Assembly: GCF_006345805.1 (NCBI RefSeq)
Contig: NC_042999.1
Span: 135,780,001 to 135,844,000 of the forward strand
From: Octopus sinensis
Taxonomy: Eukaryota
Reading direction: 5' to 3'
Length of the DNA stretch: 64,000 nt
Shown: positions 37,151 through 49,195 of the stretch, one piece after another
Layout: each line of letters starts with the position of its first letter
How positions within the stretch are numbered: position 1 is the stretch's first letter
The notes under the pieces: model-generated
What the model was told of the DNA's origin: nothing
Seen by the model: the letters and a program-made list of their open reading frames with translations, nothing else
Databases searched by the model: none
Program-made: the position numbers and the translations under genes

Positions 37151-39639
37151 ATTCTAGCTAACTGGCACAATTTAGTGATTCATCACAAAGAGAGATGAAA
37201 TAAGTACTAGACTTCAAATAACTACTGGTTTTGATTTCATCAACTAATAACACTTGAAGGCACTGCTCCAGCATGGTCACAATCCAGTGACTGAAACAAG
37301 TAAAAAAAATGAAAGGAAAGAGAATAAAAGACTAAAAAAGAAGGCATTGTGTGTATGCTGTGTAAGTAAATATGCCTAATACTTTGCATAGAGACTTTCA
37401 ACAGAAATGATTAAAGGGCCTGTCTGAAATATTAGATATTTTTTCTCATTTAGAAAAATTTTTTACTGATCTCACACTTGCTTATACACAGCATCACTAG
37501 TTTCTTTAAATTCTTCCGATTATTCTGCATTTGTATTTAAAAAAATTTTTTATTGGAATAGGGATGTTGAATTTGGTGTGTATATATCTGTGTGCATTGT
37601 TGTTTGGCTTGTGAAACGATTTTGTTATGACAAATGTAGTAACATATTGACTGTTTTAAAATGAAAAATACTATTGTTGGTTGTTTCTCTTGCATCATTT
37701 ATTCTGAAGTTGCAAATCAATTATTCAATGTAATTTTTATTATTTAAAAATAATACTACAATTTTTTTTTATGTCTTTTTTAGAATTTTTAAAAAACTTT
37801 CTTTGAATATGGGGGACTCTGTTTTGTGTATGTGTGAAAGACTAATAAAATAGTATCTCTTAGGAAATACTTCATAAAAAATACAAACAACATATAAAAG
37901 TCCACTTCACTTATAATCAAATAATAGATCTTGTTCAAAATGTAGGCTGGCAGCCATCATGTATATATGCATGAAGTGTGTGTGCATGTATGCATGTGTG
38001 TGTCTGTATGTGTGTATATGAGTGTGTGCATGCACGTGTACATGTGTGTGTGTGTGTGTGTGTTGTATGTCTGTGTGAACCTATGTATAATTATATTCAC
38101 AATAAAATATCTTATTTTGTAATGCATGCATAAGATTTAAGATTCAGTTAAGTGATTAACTCAGTAAAACACATTGCAATGTAATAAACAGTATATGTAT
38201 AAAACTTTTGCTTCATTTCAGTTTTGTACATATAAAGAGTATTTTTAGATTTTATGTCAAGATTTTGCTTCTAGCCATCTATTGATCTCTGTTTTGTTAT
38301 CTAGTTGCTGGACGGCAGCCATATGGCTTGCTTAATATTGGGCTAACTCCTAACTCTTAAATGTCTTGTTCATAATTTTGTCTCTCCCAACACCAGTGCC
38401 AACTCCATTGCTGATACATTATTGCATGAGAAAAATTAATACATGCAAATAGGTGTCTGTCCCTTTATGAATATTACTTAAGCAGGCAAATATGTTATTT
38501 ATTTATATATTTGATATTACTTATTAAAATTTTTTCTAGTTTTCTGTTCTGTTTAGAGAGATTGAAGAGGTCACAGACCAATTTATAATAACATACGAAC
38601 TTAGAGATTTCAACAATTGTATATGGAGCCAACTTGAGAATTACAAATAAAATTCTAGCTAACTGACACAGTTTAGCAGTTTTGGCTTGTATTTTATTGG
38701 AATTATTATTCATATTATTTATTTGTATTCATTCCATCACTAGTCAGATGGAATGGAGAATATTGTTGTTTAGCTTTCAGATTAGTCTTGATCAAGTAAA
38801 CTTTTAATCAAAATTGTAGAAGCTGTGACTAGCACTATCTTTTTTACTCAGGCATACTACGATTAAGCCTATATTATCCAATGTGTGCCTCCTGTTTATA
38901 AATCTAGCTTTATAAAATGCTAACGTTAAATTCAACTTACGTAAACTAATAATGTTTGCTTTAGAAGCATTGAGATATATTGAAAGATACAGAAATAATT
39001 TATTCTCAACCACATGATAATGCTAATACAATAACATGAACAGGATAAACTATCCATATATTGCAGAAAAATCATTACTGGCCAGCCATGAGACTTGAAC
39101 TTACATCCTTGTGATTATGTGTCAAGTGCTTTACCTTTAAGCTAAACTGCCCAGTAACGAATTGTTCTGCAATTTTAGGATTGATGTGTTATCTTCTATT
39201 TTTCACTTGTTTCAGTCATTTGTTTGCTGCCATGCTGGGGCACTGCTTTGAAGGGTTTAGTCGAACAAACTAGCCCTAGTATTTATTTTTTTAAGCCTGG
39301 TACTTATTCTATCGGTCTCTTTTGCTGAATCACAAAGTTACAGGGACAGAAATGAACCAACACTGGTTGTCAAGCAGTGGTAGGGGGAGAAACACACATG
39401 CACAAAGATATATGTATATGTATATTAAAAAATTCATGATCCAATAGAATCGAGGTATTTTAAATAACAAAAGCACCAAGGTAGATTTGGAGATAGTTCA
39501 CCTATGCAATATCAGTGTGTATAGACACTCAATGTATTTACCAAAGTAAATACTGACTTGTCCTTCCAGTTAAGCATACATTCACAAGTAGTGACCAAAT
39601 ACTTAATCTACCAGAAGAAAATGTTTTTTTTTCACATGA

Positions 39640-40060
39640 TGTAATTGTTTGGTCGACTTCAGAAAGAGAGCCAGGCACATGGATTTGATATTCAATTCCT
39701 ACCAGCAACTCACTATGGTATTCTACATCTAGTGCCTGTGGAAAGTAAATTTTGTAGCTTGAATTACTCCTATTTTCTCATTGCCATCATGGAACATGGC
39801 AAGTTGTTCAGAATCTTTTCTTCATCTCAGATAACTTTATGGAACATTGTGTGCTCACTGTATGAGTTAGCTTGTCACATATTTGAATAAAATCTTGGAC
39901 GCAAAGTTATTCATGCACAGATATTTACTGCACAGAGTTATTTCACAGCCATTGGAATAATGACTCAGTCCAATTATCAAAGTGTTGATGTTTTCATTAG
40001 CGACATCACTTGCTAAAGTTTTATTCATCTGTAAAGAATGTGTCTGAAACAGCTGTAGTG
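39640..40060 (-). mobile_element. RTE-like LINE 3' remnant
   Basis: INTLIIGLSHYSNGCEITL..KILF, a GHV-like segment, and W*ELNIK in broken frames. Confidence 0.45.
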
Positions 40061-40079
40061 AACTTCAGTCCATCTATGT

Positions 40080-40120
<41 letters not shown>

Positions 40121-40268
40121 CTGTAGTTCATATATCTGAAAAAAAAGCATTAGTGCAGGTTATGCGCCTTCAGCCATTTGAGTCTGGCTAGTTGTTTATA
40201 CTGCTAAGTGCTTTATAGGTGTGAAACCAATAGTCACTCTATGACTGGCCATAATTTTCAACTTCCTA

Positions 40269-40304
<36 letters not shown>

Positions 40305-40329
40305 GTATATATATCAAAATCAAAATCAA

Positions 40330-40898
40330 AATTAAACCAAATCAAATCCGATATCAGAAAGCAGAACCAAAATCGAAGTCGATCAACATCAATGGAAATT
40401 ACAGCTGTGGTACCAGTTCCGGTGACAATTAAGTGAACCATCCGATCGTGGCTGTTGCCAGCGCCACCCTGACTGGCCTCCGTGCCGGTGGCACGTAAAA
40501 GCACCATCCGTTTGTGTCCGTTGCCAGCCTCGCCTGGCCCCCGTGCCGGTGGCACGTAGCACCATCCGAATGTGGCCGTTGCCAGCCTTGCCTAGCCCCC
40601 ATGCCGGTGGTACGTAAAAGCACCATCCGTTTGTGGCCGTTGCCAGCCTAGCCTGGCCCCCGTGCTGGTGGCACGTAAAAAGCACCATCCGTCCGTGGTC
40701 GTTTGCCAGCTCCGTCTGGCACCTGTGTGGGTGGCACGTAAAAAGCACCCACTACACTCACGGAGTGGTTGGCGTTAGGAAGGGCATCCAGCCGTAGAAA
40801 CACTGCCAGATCAGACTGGAGCCTGGTGCAGCCTCCTGGCTTCCCAGACCCCGGTCGAACCGTCCAACCCATGCTAGCATTGAAAGCGGACGTTAAAC

Positions 40899-40930
<32 letters not shown>
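40330..40930 (+). mobile_element. Family C repeat with ~5 minisatellite units and a (GAT)n tail
   Basis: CCGTGCCGGTGGCACGTAAAAGCACCATCCG units, GGAAGGGCATCC, and a (GAT)n tail at ~40898-40932. Confidence 0.88.
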
Positions 40931-40934
<4 letters not shown>

Positions 40935-41984
40935 ATATTAAAGAATGTAGTTGTGTAAAGCTGAAACAATGTGAGAAAGTAAAAAGAAAACAGAACAAAG
41001 TTGCAGTTTTACTTTGTAGTTCTATATTTCGGAGTGAAGACTTCTTCTTCATGACATTTGAAAAAGTGGTAATTGAAAAAGGTTGTTGCTTAGACGAGTG
41101 TGTGTGTGGGGGGGGGGGGGGATGGGAGGGCAGGAGAGAAAGGAAGAAGGTGACATACGTGGACTGTTGTTGCTATAGCAACCAGTCTACTCCATGTAGT
41201 TCCTTCTTGTTGTTAATGGTTGGTGGGGATACTTACCACTCTACCACTGAGGAAGGACTACAGTCTTTAAAGTTATACCTCACAGTGCTTTACCAAAACT
41301 ACCTCATTTTAATGTCCTCATACACCCACGTGCATGTGCACGCACACACACACACACAATGGACTTCTTTCAGCTTCTGCCTATCAAATTCACTCACTAT
41401 GGTCAGCCACAGGCTGTTGTAGAAGACACTTATCCAAGGTGCCATGCAATGGAACTGAGCCCAGAATGATTTAGTTGGGAAGAAAGCTTAGTGTGTATGA
41501 AGTATGCATGTGTATGCATGTATGCGTATGTGGGTATGTGTTTTTAACTATATTTAAGAGTGTATCCCTATGTTATGTGTGTATGTTTATGTCTGCATAC
41601 ATATTTTGAATGAAATACACCCACACCCATGCAAATTCCAATTTATAAAACTTTGTAAATGTGTGAAAATATTTTGATTTAAATTAATGTGTCTATCCAA
41701 AAAAATACCCTTCAGATAGATATTGACAGTTAAATTAAGAGGGATTAAAAACAAAAATATGGTTTATATAATCACAATATTGACATAGAAATCCTGATAA
41801 AAACTTATAAAGTTTCAAAAATATATAAAGACAAAACGAAATTTGAATATAGTTTATATAAAATGTTTTGACAAATTAAGTTTCAGGTGGAGAAGAAAAA
41901 AAATCATGTAATTTGGTTATCAGGTATTTGTATAAACATAACCATTAGTCGCTTTTTCTAATAACTGTTGTTACTGTTATCTTC

Positions 41985-42520
41985 CTCCTCTTTTCCCCCC
42001 CTCCCCACCAACTTTTCTCCCTCTTTCCTCCTCCCTCCCCTCCACTCAACTCCTCCAGCCCTCTTCCTCCTTACCTGCCACTCTGCCTCATTCTGCCTTT
42101 TGCTTCCTCCACCTCCTCCTTACCCTTCCTTCATTCCTTCCTCCACTCCTCCCGTATCCTCCCCTTTCCCATCCTCCCCTGTATCACCTCTCCCCTTTCT
42201 TCACTTTATCCTTCTTCCCCTATCATCCTCTTCATCCTCTCTCCTCCTCCTCTTCTCATCTTCCACTTCCCCTCCTTTTCTGCACCATTCTTCCCATCTT
42301 CATCCTCCTCCCCTGTCCCTTCATCCCCTCCCCTCCCCACCTCCCCTGTCCCTCCTACCTGTCTCTTTTCCCTGTCCCCTCCTTCCCATCTCCCCATTTG
42401 TCTCCGCTCCCATACCCTGCTGCCCTGCCCTTGCCCTCCAGGACTCCGCTCCTCTCCTCTTCTTCCTCCTATTCTCCTCCCATCCTCCCTCCCTTCTTCT
42501 TCTTCTTCTTCTTCTTCTTC
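41985..42520. repeat. ~540-bp polypyrimidine/polypurine low-complexity tract
   Basis: Almost exclusively C/T on the + strand, ending in (TTC)n. Confidence 0.9.
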
Positions 42521-42972
42521 TTTGTAGATAAGCAAATAATCATAATGATGTTCTCTAATATAAGCACAAGGCCTCATATTTGAGGGAGGAGTATCATTAA
42601 TTATAGTAACCTACTACTGGGTCAGTATAACACTGGTGCATGTATTGATGTATGTATATAAGCACACACACACATCCATGCATGCACCTTCAACCAGTCT
42701 TGATTTCTTACTTCTTTATGTAAATATATGTAATTAAAATCTCTACTAATATAACTATAAATGCAAGAAAATTAATAGGCACGTATATGAGTGAATAGTA
42801 AGAAAATTGCTATCAAACCACATGGTTCTAAGTGCAGACCCTCTTCTACTATAGCCTCAGGGTGAACAAAATCTTGTGAATGGATTTGATAGACAAAAAG
42901 TGAAAGAAGCCCATCGCATGTGTGCATGTATATATATAATTCAAATTTAGGGAGCGGAATAGATAAAATCCA

Positions 42973-43061
42973 GGCTTCATATGTTTCCTTGCTAGCAGAA
43001 TCTCGGAAGTAGTATCATAATTATCCAAATGAGGGGTAATCTGCTAGCTATTCATCAGGCC
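42973..43061 (-). ncRNA. Degenerate hammerhead motif with a 9-bp stem II and 40-nt loop
   Basis: GGC-CUGAUGA-AUA-GCUAGCAGA..UCUGCUAGC-AAG-GAAAC-AUAU-GAA-GCC. The triplet is GAA instead of GUH. Confidence 0.5.
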
Positions 43062-43149
43062 AAAGATATCTTAGTCAGATGAAGGTTATGTTGTCGCATT
43101 TTCAATCAAATCTCCTGCGAGTTAACATGGAATACCTTAACAACAAACT

Positions 43150-43590
43150 TCATTTGGTTAAGGTATCTTTGGCATGACAAGTAGCTAGCGTGTTCGTTGT
43201 CAGGACTGCTGACTGACTCCCGTGTCAGTGGCACGTAAAAAGCACTATTCGAGTGTGATTGTTGCCAGTGTCGTCTTACTGGCACATGAAAAACAACATT
43301 CGAGCCTGGTTGTTGCCAGTGCTGCCAGACTCGCTCCTGTGCAGGTGGCACGTAAATAACACCATTCGAGCATGGTCGTTGCCAGTATTGCCTGACTGGC
43401 CCTTGTGCCGGTGGCACGTAAAGGCACCCACTACACTCTTGGAGTGGTTAGCATTAACGGCATCCAGCTGTAGAAACTTTGCCAGATCAGATTGGAGCCT
43501 GGTGCAGCCTTCTGTCTTGCCAGTCTTCAGTCAAACCGTCCAACCCATGCCAACATGGAAAGTAGACGTTAAACGACGACGACGATGATA
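43150..43590 (+). mobile_element. Family C repeat, decayed
   Basis: GGTGGCACGTAAA units, GCATCCAGCTGTAGAAAC and a GACGATGAT tail. Confidence 0.8.
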
Positions 43591-44293
43591 TATTCAAATA
43601 AAGGTTATAAACCTCATTAAGGGATAGTAAAATCCAACGAAAATACTGGTTAGTTCAACTATAAGGTAACTATATAAACCATGGTTCATATGTTTATATA
43701 TTTAAAGAATAAGGAGAAAATGGAGAGGTAATTAATAAAATACTATTTATTAATTATAAAATGTGACAACATCTCTGACAGTTGTTTCGATTCAGTAATC
43801 TTTAGATAATTAATTTATAAAATCAAAATCATTATAAGATGAATCTCTTCATAGGTAGTTAAGAAATATGAATTAGAAATACATATTGAGATAAGGCAAA
43901 AGTCCAATTGGTATATCTTAACTACCTATGAACCATTAACAGTTAAAGCTTATTAACTTCCTACACCATGATCCGTGGACTTTTGCCTTTACACACACAC
44001 ATGTGTGTGTGTTTGTTTGTCTTTTACCACTGCTTGACAACTGGTGTTGGTTTGTTTGTATATATATATATATATATACACACAGATCAAGGTGTAGGAA
44101 GTTGATAAGCTTTAACTGTTAATGGTTTGTAGCCTTTATCTCAACATGTATTTCTAATTGGTATATCTTAACTACCTTTGAAGAGATTCATCTAATAATG
44201 ATTTTAATTTTATAAATCATCTAAAGATTACTGAATCAAAACAGCTGTCAGAGATGTTGTCACATTTTGTTTCTATATATATGTATGTATGTG

Positions 44294-44332
<39 letters not shown>

Positions 44333-44416
44333 ATTCGAGACAAAACCACTATTTTAAGACCAAACAAGGAAAGACTTAATCAATACATAAAATTTTAATA
44401 TAAATTAAATAAACCG

Positions 44417-44460
44417 CCACTACAAATGTTTCATGTCTGCTACCGACAATCTTCAGGTGG
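44417..44460 (-). ncRNA. Minimal type I hammerhead ribozyme (left-arm copy)
   Basis: Reverse complement of 44528-44571. Confidence 0.75.
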
Positions 44461-44527
44461 ATTTTCGATCTTCTAATCAGTATCAATTTTGACTTCAAAA
44501 TTTGATACTGATTAGAAGATCGAAAAT

Positions 44528-44571
44528 CCACCTGAAGATTGTCGGTAGCAGACATGAAACATTTGTAGTGG
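44528..44571 (+). ncRNA. Minimal type I hammerhead ribozyme (right-arm copy)
   Basis: CCAC-CUGAAGA-U-UGUC-GGUAGCA-GACA-U-GAAAC-AUUU-GUA-GUGG. Confidence 0.75.
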
Positions 44572-44771
44572 CGGTTTATTTAATTTATATTAAAATTTTA
44601 TGTATTGATTAAGTCTTTCCTTGTTTGGTCTTAAAATAGTGGTTTTGTCTCGAATTATATTATATAATATTTTACTATAAAATTGGATTTAACCCTAAAT
44701 CTGATTTTTCCCAGTAATTTTGGATTCATTCCCTAATATTTATTATTATATATATATATATATATATATGT

Positions 44772-45135
44772 AATAAATTAAAAGGGTGGCTTATTAGTAA
44801 TTAGAACCCAAAGACAAAATTAATAGAGGTCACAAAAGTGACAGAGGGTACTGACTAGCACTGATTATGCTAAGATAAAAGTTAAATTAACTCCAAAGCC
44901 ACCAAAGCACTATACTTAATGACTGACAAAGGGAGCTAAGTTCCTAGTTTATATAACTGTATTGCTAGGGGCTTACCTGCCTCCGTCAGTTATTAAGTAT
45001 AATGCTTTAGTGACTTTGGAGTTAATTTAACTCTTGGCATACGCGGTGCTAGTCAGTACCCTCCGTCACTTTTGTGACCTCTATTAATTTTGCCATTAAG
45101 TTCTAATTGCTAATAAGCCACCCTTTTAATTTGTT
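44772..45135. repeat. Imperfect inverted repeat, ~160-bp arms
   Basis: AATAAATTAAAAGGGTGGCTTATTAG..CTGAC / GTCAG..CTAATAAGCCACCCTTTTAATTTGTT. A third partial copy lies at ~45590-45685. Confidence 0.85.
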
Positions 45136-45375
45136 GTTTACACATTTACTGTTTTGAAAATCATCACATGTTTTCAATGGTTTTTCTTATAAGATTGACA
45201 GAGGAAATTGGTTGAATACAGTGAATCCATCACAAGGATATTGCTCTGACCTTCTCAATACAGTAGGTACTTCACAGGGTGGAAACAACTGACTACTATA
45301 AGGAGCAGAAGCACTGCAAATTTGCTTAGTCAATATGTAGTGCTGAGTTCAGTTACTTGTGTGTGTGTGTGTGTG

Positions 45376-45444
<69 letters not shown>

Positions 45445-46214
45445 ACTTTAAACTTAGATACTTGCAAGTAGCCCATTATAATACATTTTACAGTTTATTC
45501 ACAAGAAGTTAAAGTGTCCACTATAATTCTTATAAAATTGACAGACGAAAATTAAGGTGAAATTGCGATATGGCTATATATGCTAGGGATTTACCTTTCT
45601 TTGTCAGTTATTTAGTGGCTTTGGAGTTAATTTAACTCTTATCTTAGCATAAATTGCGCTAGTCACTTTTGTGACCTCTATTAAGTTTTATATATATATA
45701 TATGTGTGTGTATGTCTGTGTTTATCCTGCATCACCACTTAACAACTGATGTTGGTTTGTTCACATCCCTTGCAACTTCGCAGTTTGGTACAAGAGAGTA
45801 AGTACCAGACTTTAAAAATTAAGTATGGAGATTGATTTGTTTGATCCAAATGCTTCAAGGCAGTGCCTCAACATGGTTGAAGTCCAAAGACTGAAACAAG
45901 TAAAAGAGGAAAGTCATGTCTGAAATATACTAACAAAGATGGAGAGAATGCTTTATCTATGTCCAAGAAAGATATAGGAAATAAACGAAGATAAAACTCC
46001 AACAATTGTTCAAAAGCTGTGGACTTAAAATGAAATGTTTGATTTTTGGTACACAGTATCAATGCCTCGATACCAAAAAGTACTAAAATCAAATGTTGAA
46101 ACAAGCTGTTGTAAACTGCATACTATGTAGGCAAAATAAAATTCCATGATAAAACAAAAAGTTATTGTCAACTGTAGAATATGTTCAAATAGGGATGGCT
46201 AAGCAGTCAAGAGT

Positions 46215-46472
46215 GGAGGCGCATGGCTTAGTGGTTAGGGTGTCAGCATCATGATCGTAAGATTGTGGTTTCGATTCCTAGACCGGGCGACGCATTGTGT
46301 TCTTGAGCAAAACACTTCATTTCATGTTGTTCCAGTTCATTCAGTTGGCAAAAATGAGTAACGCTGCGATGGACTGGCGTCCCATCCAGCTGGGGGACAC
46401 ATACACCATAGAAACCAGAAAACTGGGCCCATGAGCCTGGCTAGGCTTTAAGAAGGGCGCATTTATTTATTT
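46215..46472 (+). mobile_element. tRNA-derived SINE (family D-related)
   Basis: TGGCTTAGTGG and GGTTTCGATTCC boxes, GCGATGGACTGGCGTCCCATCC, and a TTTA tail. Confidence 0.8.
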
Positions 46473-46999
46473 AAGCAGTTAAGAAGCTTGCTTTGCAATC
46501 ATGAAGTCTTGGATTTGATCCTATTGTGTGGTATCTTATGTAGGTGATTTTATCATCGTGTTGGGGTAACCCAAGCTTTTTGGAATAAATTTCATAGAAT
46601 TTTAGTGTGGTGCTCAACTGATTTTGTCAGCATTCACCCTATCAATAACAGTAATAATTTCTTTTATTGGTCACAAGGGCCCAAGAAACTGCTCCCTTTA
46701 CTGGTGCTGTTGCTGGCACTGTTGCCTCTGCTACTGCTGCTGCTGCCACCTTGATAACTCCTGCCACAGCTGCCATGTCTGTTGCTGCTTACCTTTGCGG
46801 CCACTTTTACTGCTTTAACTGTTGCTACTGCTGCTTCTGCTGATTTCACTGTTGCCGCTACTTCTGCTACTCTCCTCTCTCTCTGCTTCCACTGCTGGTG
46901 CCACTGCCTCCACTTCTACTGCTGCCACTACTGTAGCTGCCACCATAGCCATGGCCACCACCACCACCAACATCACCACCACCATCACTGCAATTACTG

Positions 47000-47160
47000 G
47001 AAAAATACAGTGACCATTCAAAAACCACTGTTCATTGTGTTTATTGATTTTATAAGGGCCTTTGATGTGGTTAGTTGCACAAGCATGTACTATGTTATAA
47101 TGTGGTTTGGTTGCTATGATATTCTTCTGTGTATTCTAACTCATATGGTTTTGTAATGGT
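47000..47160 (+). mobile_element. RTE-like reverse transcriptase fragment
   Basis: KPLFIVFIDFIRAFDVVS..FGC matches the RT 'FIDFxKAFDxV' motif. Confidence 0.65.
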
Positions 47161-47364
47161 CCTATATTGGAATTTCTAGGGTTCATCATGGGGCAAAGAA
47201 AACTCAATTTTTTGTTTTAATTGCATTTGTCTCATGTACTGCTTCTTATTTGGAGCAATAACAAATTCTTTAGTCTTCTCATCTCTGAAAATAAAAAAGA
47301 CATTTTAACAGTGCTTCATAAGAAGTATGCCTATGCAAATGTAAAGACTCCTACAAAAGTTCCC

Positions 47365-47630
47365 CTCTGAGGCACAAGTCTGAGCAAGGTTGTTTGTGGA
47401 AGACCAGCAGTTGCCCATGCATACCAGCCTTTCTTCTCCATGCCACTGATGTTATCCAAAGGAAAGGCAAAGGCCGATACAGCTTGGTACCAGTGACATC
47501 GCAACTCATTTCTACAGCAACTGGAGCAACTTGAAATTATGTGTCTTGCTCAAGAACACAACACACAGCCCGGTCCGGCAATTGAACTCACTATCTCATG
47601 ATTGCTCTAACCACTGAGTCATGTGCCTAC
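47365..47630 (-). mobile_element. tRNA-derived SINE (distinct body)
   Basis: The reverse strand has AGGCACATGACTCAGTGGTTAGAGC..GAGTTCAATTGC, then GTGTTCTTGAGCAAGACAC, shared with the heads at 46215 and 50983. Confidence 0.7.
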
Positions 47631-49000
47631 ACAATGCAGATGAAGCTACACTAGCCATACACTCTGGCAAGGAATATCAAGTGTTGTGTTGTTCCTCAGC
47701 TTTAAAAGGAATTTGATATAAAGAATGTAGTCCACTCTGATTTTGGGATACACATGACTGTTGTGGAAAGTCATTCTTATTTTGGAATCACTATCACTTA
47801 GAGGGGTTATTTTGATTCAGAGGAAGATACATATATATATAGCTTTTGTCTTTTAATTGTTTCAGTCATTAGACTGAGGTCATACTGGGGCACCACCTTG
47901 AAGAACTTTTAGGTGAATGAATTTACTTTTTTTTAAACCTGGTACTTATTCTATTGGTCTCTTTTGCTGAACCACTAAGTTACAGGGAGATAAACACACC
48001 AACACCAATTGTTAAGCAGTGATGGAGGATCAAAATAGACACAAAAACACAGACACACACACTCACACACACACACACAACACACACACACACACGATAG
48101 GCTTCTTTCAGTTTCCATCTACAAAATCCACTCATAAGGTTTTGGTTGGCCCAATGCTATAGTGGAAGACGCTTGCCCAAGGTGCCAGGCAGTGGGAGTG
48201 AACCCAGAACTATGTGGTTGGGAAGCAAGCTTCTTATATATAAAAAGGAATTAAATTTCTAGAAATTGTAGGCAAGATAGTTATATCTCTAGAAGTTAGT
48301 AGTAAGGTAGCTACCTCTCTATAAGACTCTATGTGTAGAACAATCAAAATAATCACTTCAGGAAGTACAAAGGAGTTTATGATCTCACTATACACCTGTA
48401 TAACAGTGAGTACTGGGCTATATAACAAAAGCATGATACTCAGCTCAACACCTTCTAATTCTGGTGTTTGTGAGCAAATATCAGAAATGGAAAGAGTTGA
48501 GCTGGGTTTCTTCTCAACCACATGAACTGTGTTCTAAACTTTGAAGTTGACTGGTATTGCAGATCTGTATATCTAACTCAGTGACTGAGTAAGCTCTGTA
48601 TGGATAGGATGCATGTCACATATAGAATGGATGCCAGCAAAAGGATACACTTTATGGCAGGTAGTTTCAAATAATACTATTTTTAATATCACTTGGACAA
48701 GTTACAGTAAGACTATATTTCACTGATGTCACTGATGGTGCCAAATATCATCTGAAATTGTCTTCAATACCTTCTGGAAATAAATCATCAATGAATATTG
48801 CTTTTTTCTCACAACATTTTATTTGAGCTTTTCAACATATGGTTTCAGATAAAAATTCATGCAAAACAAATAAATAAAAAAAAATGACACACACATACAC
48901 ACACTAACCAAAAGCATGCTCAAAACCCCATATCAAGGATAAATACACTATCTTAAAGATAGTGTGTTCATGTTAGTGTGTGTGTTTGTGTGAGTGTGTA

Positions 49001-49141
<141 letters not shown>

Positions 49142-49195
49142 GTGTGTGTGTGTGTGCATGTGTGTTTGTGTGTGTGTGTATGTGTTTATGATCAT

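Larger units (their letters stand above)
44323..44665. repeat. Near-perfect palindrome with ~168-bp arms and a 4-nt loop (Penelope-type inverted pseudo-LTR)
   Basis: ATATAATATAATTCGAGAC..CAGTATCAATTTTG-ACTT-CAAAATTTGATACTG..GTCTCGAATTATATTATAT, with one 1-nt indel near the centre. Confidence 0.92.

Noticed and set aside
40201-40240. CTGCTAA..GAAAC..GTC as a hammerhead
   Set aside because: Two core mismatches and no stem I.
41968-42577. Pro/Ser-rich and Gly/Glu-rich ORFs
   Set aside because: Translation artefacts of the polypyrimidine tract.
46624-47013. Ala/Thr- or Cys/His-rich ORFs
   Set aside because: Cryptic CTG/CCA triplet repeat that is open in several frames, with no splice or domain support.
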